From: Phycisphaerae bacterium
Lineage (GTDB): Bacteria > Planctomycetota > Phycisphaerae > UBA1845
Assembly (NCBI GenBank): GCA_963666835.2
Contig: CAXXGO010000006.1
Span: 384,001-448,000, forward strand
Length of the DNA stretch: 64,000 nucleotides
Direction of reading: 5' to 3'
In this document: positions 56,770-64,000 of the stretch, in pieces
Layout: every line of letters starts with the position of its first letter
How positions within the stretch are numbered: the first letter of the stretch is position 1
The notes under the pieces: model-generated
Seen by the model: the letters and a program-made list of their open reading frames with translations, nothing else
What the model was told of the DNA's origin: nothing
Databases searched by the model: none
Translations under genes and position numbers: made by a program

Positions 56770-59700
56770 TCATGGGCGACCGTGTTTATTGACGGCATTC
56801 ATCTGCTGGAGGATCAGCACGTATTCGCGATGCGATATCGAGGGCTCAACCAGCATTTCCTCCGCGACGTACAACGTCTCTAGCACGGTTGCCCCGTCAG
56901 GCAGAACCTGTTGCAGGTCCAGCGTACCGGCCGCGACGTTCAGCCAGGCGACAAACACGCGTTGCGCCAATAATCCACGCATATTCGCCGAGCTCGATGT
57001 TCGGCCCGTGCGATCCCGGGCTCTCCCTCTTTTGGTCTCGCTCACGCCGGCCTGATCCGGCTCTCCGAGCTGCAGTATGGCCGTCGCTTCGGCGATGCTC
57101 CCGGCCGCGCATTGCTCGGAGAAATAGGAGCTGGCGAAGTTCACGTAGTCGAGCAGACCCAGAAGCGTCGGATCGTCCTCGCCGGGGTTGATAACGCTGT
57201 GCTTGCCGTTCCCGGCGAACTGGTGACGCCACTGGCCCAAGGTCAGCGGCCGCGTTGTATCGCCCGACACCAGCTTGGCGCGGTCTGCGCCCACCGCGCC
57301 CCCATCATCGTCGGCGACGCCGACACCCAGAACATATACCCCGGGGATTGAAAACGTCATCACGGCCGTGTCATCTGCGGCGAACGGGAACACGCCCGGC
57401 CCGCTGGGGTATGGATCGGGCCCGTGTCCGTCGTTGAAGTGCATGCTCGCGCCGGACTCGACCGGATCCCCAGTGCGTTTATTCGTCACCGTCCAGGCGA
57501 AGCCGAGGTCATCGGATCCGGGATCCGACGCCGAGAACTGGTGGGCTTGCCCGATGCCGACCCGGCCCATAAAGGCCATGGCATCGCGGAAGTTGATAGC
57601 GCCGTCCTCCTCCAGACCGAGCGACGGAACTACATTGACGACCTTGACCTTGAACGTGCCCGCGGCGCTTGCGCCGTCGTCATCGGTGACGGTGACGGTC
57701 ACGGTGAAGTCGCCGTTGTCGCCGTATTCGTGGCCGCCGTGGACTTCACCGCCGCCCTCGGGATATTGCGTGACCATTCCGTTCTCGATCGGCGAGCCGT
57801 CGCCCCAGTCGATCCTCGCGTTGTGCGTGTCGGACACCCCCGCATCGCCAAAGACCACCGGCGCCAACGCAACCAGTCCCCCCTCCTTGACGGTTTGATT
57901 CGTCCCCATCGACTCGATGGTCGGGGCGACGTTGAAAACCTCGGCGCTGGTGGTTGCCTCCGCAACCCCGCCTTCGCTGTCGGTGATAACGAGATCGACG
58001 ATTACCGTCCCGGGGCCGTCGGCGCCGGACGCGTCAAGGGTAGCCGTCCGCGTCGCCGCGTTGTGGAGCACAAACGGATTCGGCGGATCCGCAGACACGA
58101 TGCTCCACGAGTATTCCTCGATAGCCGAGCTCGTGAACTCCCCAACAAACTTCATCGATCTGGGAAAGTCACCTGCGGAGGCTGTGCCGGAGCCCGGGAC
58201 GCCTATTGATATGGAGTGAAGATCACCCCACTCCCGAACAGTACCGTTTCCCGCAAGAGTAAGATGCGCGCCTTCGTAATCCGCCTTCGCGAAAAGGACG
58301 ACGTCCACACCCGGCGGCGCGTACCACCGCACCGATGACGCCCGGTTGTTGAACCCCTTGAGGCTCTCCATCAGTTCATCAACATAATCATCCAGCAGAT
58401 TGACATACTCGGACAGTCGCGTAATCGCCTCGCGCAGATCGGCCAGAAACTCCGGGAAGTTCTCCGCAAACTCCGGGAGGTTGTTGATGTCGAAGCCGCT
58501 GTAGTGACTCGGATCCAAAACGTCGAGCAGAGGCGGGAGCGGGGGCGGCGGTCCCAGCGCGTCCGCGAAACGACCGCACTCGTTAATGGATGACACCAGG
58601 ATCCCGATCTTGTAGGTCAGCACGCCGAGCTTACCAAAGAAACTCCAAGCCGTTGCGTTGAAGTCCGGTATGGCCCCAACGACGCCGCGAATCCCCGGCA
58701 CGGGGGGGACGGCATAACACACGTTGTTGACCCAGACCCCGCGCACCGCACCTATAGGGTCTACATAGCATATGTTCTTCCAATGGCCGCGCTCGCCGCC
58801 GAAGGCGGGAATCAGCGTGCAGTTCTTGGATTCGTTCGGCAATGCCGGACGGCAAGGGCAACCGAATGAGCAGTCCTTATGCCCCTTGACCGCCGGAGTG
58901 GGAGGCCGCACCCAACAGTTGCTGCCGATCGGAATTCCCGGAACGAGCCCGGCAGAGTCAATGAAACACTGCCGCAGGACCGTACCGCGCTCGCCATCAT
59001 AGGGGAGTTTCGACCAGCAGATACCGTCACGCCACCAACCTATGCAGGCATAGTCAATGAAATCCTCCGCGGTGAGGTTCCGGCTGGCCTCGTCGACCTC
59101 CTTGCCGGCAGCAGTTACATCCGCCACGGCCGTCTCGTCGACGCAGACATCGATCCATAGCTGCCCGTCGAGTTCCGCAAAGTCGTCGTAGTCGTCCTTG
59201 ATTCGGTCGACATAGTCAAACATCACGCTTTGGCCTTCGAAGTTTGCGTGCTCGAACACTTGCGCCCACGGGGCTGCGGCAGCCGGAGTGCCTCTCGCGC
59301 CGTCGAGCATAATAGAGCGGCCTTCTTGGACTCGATAGGGGCCGCCCATCTCGAGCGTCGGATCGTATGTGGGACTATCGTCGCGCACCACGTGGATATG
59401 CCGCAGCTCCGCCATCCGAACGGTGGGGTAACCGCCCAGACCCTCGGGACCATCGCTGTAATGAGATACGGCATACACCAACAACTCGCCGGACGGGGTG
59501 ATGTGCGTGGCAGCCCCGGCCAGCAGGTCTGCGTTGGTGTTTTCCGTCTCAGCGCAGGTGCCGCACCAGGGATCGAGCGGATAGTAGAGCGGAGGTATGG
59601 AGCTATCGTTGATGAAGCTGACCGTGCGAGGGGCCTCGAGCTGGGTCACGGTGATCTGATTACCGTCCTCGAATCCCTCGATCTCGTACAGCACCAGGAA

Positions 59701-61266
59701 GTCATCCCCGGGCATGATCGGCGCCCCGACGTTCTCGTTCCGTCCGCCGATCAGAAAGAGACGGCCGTCAGACTGGTTGACCAGGCTGAGGCTCTGGTGG
59801 GAGGTAGTGCCGATGGGCCACTTCCAGTCGTCGTCGTCCTCGTGCCCGGCGGGGGCGCCTTGCAGGTTCTCGTAGTTCCACCAGTCGTGGAATTCGAACG
59901 CAAAACCCTCCTCGAAGAAGCTGGTTCTGTTGGACCGCCAGAAGCCGATCCACTTGCCGGCCTTCATTCCGTGCAGAAGCAGGAAGTGGCCGTCGGATAC
60001 CTGAGTGATCCCGATGAATCCTGCCTCCGCCATGACGTCGCACGTGCCCGGTGGTGGACTGTCGCACGGCGTGCCGTCGGGGCAATCCTCGTCTCCCCAG
60101 CAGGCCTGCTGGGTCTCCCGGCACGCGCCGTTGCACTCGTCGTCAGTGGCGCACGGTAGGGCATGGTCCTCCCCGCCGTTACAGAACGTCGATTCGTCAA
60201 GGTCTCCGCCGTAGACATTGATAGTGTGAATCAGCGTTGGATTGGCCGGGTTCGACGCATCGAAGAAGAGTATGCGCCCTCCAGGCAAGTTGCGGCACAC
60301 GCCGTACTCCGGGCAATCCTCATCATCGTTACACTCGCTGCCGGCGTTATCTCCACCGTCGCAGAACTTCTTGAAAACACAGGTACCCCCGCCGGGGCAG
60401 CCGTCGTTGAAGGTGCACGGCAGACCATCGCCGTCTCCGCCGTTACAGAGCGCAACGGCCGGACACGTGCCGCCGGGACAATCATCATCTGCGTCGCATT
60501 CCGCGCCGGCGTTGCTGCCGCCGACGCAGGAACCGAGCAGCTCGCAAATGCCGCCGGGGCAGCCGTCGTGGGGTGAGCAGTCCTCGCCGTCCCGGTCGCC
60601 ACCGTCGCAGAAGTTGAGGTCCTTACGCGGACCCTCCAGCGGCACGGCCAGGATGTCGCCGACCATCTGCATTCCGCCCGGGTGTCGGTAATTCGGGGAC
60701 ATTATGTTCTTGACGACGATGTCGTTAATAGACGGTGGTTCCGTACAGCTTGTTTCGTAACCACGCTTGAGCCGATTCGACCGTAGCCGTTCACCGTCCT
60801 CGTCCCGCGAGTACATCTTCACGACCATTATGTTTGCGTCGGAAGGACCGGTCTCCGATTCGGAATCCTCGAAAGACCCAGCGCTACACACGTAGAAGTA
60901 TGGAACACCTATTCGAGGAGAACGAGCAATGCCCTGGATGTGGTTCCCTCGCCCGGTGCAGAATCCGTCCCAAGCTGCGGCCGGGAGGTTCTCGCGTACC
61001 GGTGCCCCGGCTCCGTGGTGGAAGCCCATCCACTCACCATGATGGGGCAGGCTATCAAACGCCTGAACGACATCGTCCACCGTTCTGTTCCGCTCGCTTA
61101 CCGGAGGGCCTGCCACAGCAGGTAAGCCGTACACCGTGAGTGCCGTAAGCACCAACGCGCTGCGAAGCACAGAAGCACCCTCTTTTCGCCCGAGCAAACC
61201 CGGTACAGCCCCTGCGCTCGCAGAATTGCTGCGCCGCGCACGACCAAACGTTCGTCCCGCCTTCAT
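56770..61266 (-). CDS. Large secreted modular protein (propeller-like N-domain with Cys-rich inserts, interrupted beta/gamma-crystallin-like domain, PKD/Ig domains), 1498 aa
   Basis: Signal-like segment; CxGG...C...DC..G.C repeats; VFEHANFEG and FNNRASSVRW..LFAKADYEG; IDWGDGS, HEYGDNGDFTVTVTVTDDDG. Confidence 0.8.
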   Translation of the reverse strand: MKAGRTFGRARRSNSASAGAVPGLLGRKEGASVLRSALVLTALTVYGLPAVAGPPVSERNRTVDDVVQAFDSLPHHGEWMGFHHGAGAPVRENLPAAAWDGFCTGRGNHIQGIARSPRIGVPYFYVCSAGSFEDSESETGPSDANIMVVKMYSRDEDGERLRSNRLKRGYETSCTEPPSINDIVVKNIMSPNYRHPGGMQMVGDILAVPLEGPRKDLNFCDGGDRDGEDCSPHDGCPGGICELLGSCVGGSNAGAECDADDDCPGGTCPAVALCNGGDGDGLPCTFNDGCPGGGTCVFKKFCDGGDNAGSECNDDEDCPEYGVCRNLPGGRILFFDASNPANPTLIHTINVYGGDLDESTFCNGGEDHALPCATDDECNGACRETQQACWGDEDCPDGTPCDSPPPGTCDVMAEAGFIGITQVSDGHFLLLHGMKAGKWIGFWRSNRTSFFEEGFAFEFHDWWNYENLQGAPAGHEDDDDWKWPIGTTSHQSLSLVNQSDGRLFLIGGRNENVGAPIMPGDDFLVLYEIEGFEDGNQITVTQLEAPRTVSFINDSSIPPLYYPLDPWCGTCAETENTNADLLAGAATHITPSGELLVYAVSHYSDGPEGLGGYPTVRMAELRHIHVVRDDSPTYDPTLEMGGPYRVQEGRSIMLDGARGTPAAAAPWAQVFEHANFEGQSVMFDYVDRIKDDYDDFAELDGQLWIDVCVDETAVADVTAAGKEVDEASRNLTAEDFIDYACIGWWRDGICWSKLPYDGERGTVLRQCFIDSAGLVPGIPIGSNCWVRPPTPAVKGHKDCSFGCPCRPALPNESKNCTLIPAFGGERGHWKNICYVDPIGAVRGVWVNNVCYAVPPVPGIRGVVGAIPDFNATAWSFFGKLGVLTYKIGILVSSINECGRFADALGPPPPLPPLLDVLDPSHYSGFDINNLPEFAENFPEFLADLREAITRLSEYVNLLDDYVDELMESLKGFNNRASSVRWYAPPGVDVVLFAKADYEGAHLTLAGNGTVREWGDLHSISIGVPGSGTASAGDFPRSMKFVGEFTSSAIEEYSWSIVSADPPNPFVLHNAATRTATLDASGADGPGTVIVDLVITDSEGGVAEATTSAEVFNVAPTIESMGTNQTVKEGGLVALAPVVFGDAGVSDTHNARIDWGDGSPIENGMVTQYPEGGGEVHGGHEYGDNGDFTVTVTVTDDDGASAAGTFKVKVVNVVPSLGLEEDGAINFRDAMAFMGRVGIGQAHQFSASDPGSDDLGFAWTVTNKRTGDPVESGASMHFNDGHGPDPYPSGPGVFPFAADDTAVMTFSIPGVYVLGVGVADDDGGAVGADRAKLVSGDTTRPLTLGQWRHQFAGNGKHSVINPGEDDPTLLGLLDYVNFASSYFSEQCAAGSIAEATAILQLGEPDQAGVSETKRGRARDRTGRTSSSANMRGLLAQRVFVAWLNVAAGTLDLQQVLPDGATVLETLYVAEEMLVEPSISHREYVLILQQMNAVNKHGRP

Positions 61267-61507
61267 TAGTACTGCCTCTTAGAAGTGTGAAACCGTTCGT
61301 GAATCCCGTTTCCGGGATTCCCGTCGCATAATCTGCTCAACGGCCATTGTACCGACCGGAACCGCTCGACCGCAAGGAGAATCGGCTTTGCTCGTTGAGG
61401 GTCCACCCGTTCGTCCGGCCCGCCAGGACCGACGCGCACAAGTTCGGCCGTTTCAGGGATCGCGCACGGAAGGCTATCTGGACCTGTCAGCAGGCGCCTC
61501 GCGGCGG

Positions 61508-62545
61508 TCAAAGCAACGTGGCCGCCGTGGATTTGGGGTCTACCGCGTCGCGGAGGCCGTCGCCGAGGAAGTTCAACGCTAACAACGTCACTACCAGCAT
61601 GCCGCACGGGAATACGAGCAACCACCAGAAACCCACGAAAGTATTGACGGCCTCCACCCCGTCTGCGGCCAGGCGACCCAGCGACGGGACCGGCTGTTGG
61701 ACGCCAATACCCAAAAAGCTCAAGAACGATTCCTGCAGAATCGCCTGCGGAACGACCAACGCGGCATACACCACCATCGGCCCGGCTAAGTTCGGCAGCA
61801 TGTGCCACCGGAGAATGTGCCACGAACCCGCCCCGGCCACGCGAGCGGCATCGACGAACGGCTGGGTCCGTAAAGAAAGAACCTGACCGCGAATCACCCG
61901 GGCCATGGTCAGCCAGCTTACTCCCCCAATCGCAATCAGCAGAATCACCAGATCGGCCGCCTTAGCATGCCCGGCCAGGAGCGTCGTCAGTGGGCGGGTC
62001 AAGGCGATCTTCAACAGAATGACCATCAGGATGTATGGCAGTCCATACAGCACATCGACAATGCGCATCATCACCGTATCGATCCGCCCGCCGAGCAGTG
62101 CGGCCGTCGCCCCCCAAGCCGTACCGATGAACAGTGACATAACCGCCGCCGCCAGACCGATGGAGAGACTCACCAGGAAACCCGGTAACAGGCGATAGAG
62201 CAGACTGCGCCCCAGATCATCGTGCCCCAGCCAGGATGACGCCCCATGCGCCCAAGCCTCGCCCATGCCGGCCGGCGAACCGTCGAGGTAGTCGGTCGGC
62301 ACCGATTCGTTGGGAGCATAGTGCGCATAAGACGTTACCGGTGACAGCGCCGGGGCATGGCGCACCGCTTGATCGAGTTCCTGAACGTTGTACCAGCGTA
62401 ATGAAAAGGGGAGAGTCACCAAGCCGGTGAGCAGGATCAGGCCCAACAGCACGGCCCCAACCTGGGCGGGGCGGTGCCGTCGAAAACGTCGCCAGGCGCT
62501 ACCGGGTGGGCTGACGTTTTGGTGAGTTGTTTCCGTTGCCATCAC
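61508..62545 (-). CDS. oppC: Oligopeptide/dipeptide ABC permease C
   Basis: LGHDDLGRS, MRIVDVLYGLP, FVDAARVAGA, ESFLSFLGIG, NFLGDGLRDAVDP. Confidence 0.93.
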   Translation of the reverse strand: MMATETTHQNVSPPGSAWRRFRRHRPAQVGAVLLGLILLTGLVTLPFSLRWYNVQELDQAVRHAPALSPVTSYAHYAPNESVPTDYLDGSPAGMGEAWAHGASSWLGHDDLGRSLLYRLLPGFLVSLSIGLAAAVMSLFIGTAWGATAALLGGRIDTVMMRIVDVLYGLPYILMVILLKIALTRPLTTLLAGHAKAADLVILLIAIGGVSWLTMARVIRGQVLSLRTQPFVDAARVAGAGSWHILRWHMLPNLAGPMVVYAALVVPQAILQESFLSFLGIGVQQPVPSLGRLAADGVEAVNTFVGFWWLLVFPCGMLVVTLLALNFLGDGLRDAVDPKSTAATLL

Positions 62546-63462
62546 AACGCCCCCGTTATTCGCGGATCGAGCCAGGCATATAACAAGTCGATTACCGTGT
62601 TGAACAACACCAGCAGCGTCGAGTACACCAAAACCGTGGCCATGATCAGCCCAGGATCGAGATTCAGCGCCGCATTGACGAAGTGCTGACCCAACCCGGG
62701 CACTCCGAACACCTTCTCAACCACAAACGAGCCGGTCATGGCCTGGGCGGTCGCCGGCCCGAGGTAGCTGAGCACCGGCAGGAACGCGACCTTGAAGGCG
62801 TGTTTCCAAACGACCGTGCGCGGGCTCAGGCCTTTCGCCAGGGCGGCGCGAACGAACTCGCTGCCCAGAACGTCCAGCATCCCGACGCGCGTTAGCCGGG
62901 CTATATAAGCCGTAAACGGCAAAGACAGCGTTATTGCGGGCAGCGGCAGGTGGGCGAGAGTCCCCCAGCCACCTACCGGGGTGATCGGCAGATATACCCC
63001 GAACACAATGAGCAAAGCCGTACCGGCCACGAACGTCGGCAGCGATATCCCCAGCAACACGAACGCCAGGCTAGCGAAATCGAACCACCCGCCCCGTTTC
63101 ACCGCGGCCAGCACTCCGACCGGAACACCGATCATCACCGCGATCAGGATGGCCAGCAGCCCGATGAGAATCGAGACCGGCAGTGCCTCGGCGATAATCT
63201 GGTTGCACGTCCAGTCGCTATAGGTGAACGTCGGCCCGAAATCGAGGTGAATGGCGCCGTCGAGGAACTCCCAGAAGTAGAGCCAATCGTTGTCCATGCT
63301 ATACCGCACGCGGAGAGCCTGTTCCGCCTCGGGGGGCATGTTGCGCTGTGACTGCTGGAACGGATTCCCGGGTATGGTAATCACCATCGTGAACGTGATG
63401 GTATAGATGCAACCGATAGTCATCGCCCCGAGAAGCAGCCGCCGAACGAGTAGGGTCGTCAT
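62542..63462 (-). CDS. oppB: Oligopeptide/dipeptide ABC permease B (start ATG 63462)
   Basis: IPGNP, LDFGP, ARLTR..MLDVL..FVRAALAKGL, VEKVFGVPGLG, DLLYAWLDPRI. Confidence 0.93.
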   Translation of the reverse strand: MTTLLVRRLLLGAMTIGCIYTITFTMVITIPGNPFQQSQRNMPPEAEQALRVRYSMDNDWLYFWEFLDGAIHLDFGPTFTYSDWTCNQIIAEALPVSILIGLLAILIAVMIGVPVGVLAAVKRGGWFDFASLAFVLLGISLPTFVAGTALLIVFGVYLPITPVGGWGTLAHLPLPAITLSLPFTAYIARLTRVGMLDVLGSEFVRAALAKGLSPRTVVWKHAFKVAFLPVLSYLGPATAQAMTGSFVVEKVFGVPGLGQHFVNAALNLDPGLIMATVLVYSTLLVLFNTVIDLLYAWLDPRITGAL

Positions 63463-64000
63463 CGTTCGATACTCACATAGCAAAACGGAAAACGCAGCCG
63501 GGCGTTGGCGTGCAGGCCCTTTACATACGGCTTGATCGCAATCGGCTGAGCGTAGTGCAATATCGGCAGGATCGGGCAATCCTCCTCCACCAGTATGCGC
63601 TCCGCGCCTTGCAGCAACTCGGCCCGCTCGGTGGGATCGGCTGCGGTGGACGCCCGGCTCATCAGGACGTCATAAGCCGCCCCGCTATACCCGCTGTCGT
63701 TGTTGCCGTTTCCGGTAATCAAGCAGTCTAAAAAGGTGGTCGGGTCGTGATAATCTCCATACCAGTTTCCGCGGGCGATCATGTAACGATGGTTCGCCTT
63801 GTCCTCGGCGAAGGTCTTGCTCTCCTTGCTGCGCAGCTCGACGCGCACGCCCAGGTCGCGCTCCCACATGCGGGCTAAAGCCTGGCAGATTCGCTCGTCT
63901 GCCGTTACATACAACAGCTCGATCGGCGGCAGGCCGCGACCGTCTTCGTACCCTGCCTCGGCCAGCAGGCGGCGAGCTTCGGGCACATCTCGGCGCAAAC
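63459..64000 (-). CDS. oppA: Oligopeptide ABC substrate-binding protein, C-terminal part (5'-partial)
   Basis: EARRLLAEAGY, WYGDYHDPTTFL, AERILVEEDCPILP. Confidence 0.9.
   Translation of the reverse strand, partial: LRRDVPEARRLLAEAGYEDGRGLPPIELLYVTADERICQALARMWERDLGVRVELRSKESKTFAEDKANHRYMIARGNWYGDYHDPTTFLDCLITGNGNNDSGYSGAAYDVLMSRASTAADPTERAELLQGAERILVEEDCPILPILHYAQPIAIKPYVKGLHANARLRFPFCYVSIER

Overview
High-GC bacterial DNA, most likely Planctomycetota (Phycisphaerae-like). That assignment is inferred from protein styles, not proven. Left 24.6 kb: a giant Sec-signal RHS/YD-repeat gene that runs off the window edge and is missing from the supplied ORF track, a vWA/TSP3/Cys-repeat surface protein, a near-complete type II secretion cluster (D-E-F-G-H-I-J-K-C-like-L-M, no gspO), two lipoproteins and a terminase-small-subunit-like remnant. 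This block ends at a 46-bp 3' fragment of tRNA-Asp that looks like the attR of an integrated element. Middle: arfB, tRNA-Ile, a Cys-rich dockerin-like protein, lpxA, family-4 UDG, an alpha/beta hydrolase, a DUF1573-like gene with an in-frame UGA plus a SECIS-like hairpin (candidate selenoprotein), DsbD, FapA and ABC transporters. Right: a sensory [NiFe]-hydrogenase operon placed between an output-less Cache/PAS sensor and an input-less hybrid kinase, two REP/BIME-like mosaic arrays, an IS1182-family element inserted in a REP hairpin loop, a 1498-aa modular secreted protein, and an opp/dpp operon. All family calls are by-eye motif recognition; no database searches were run.
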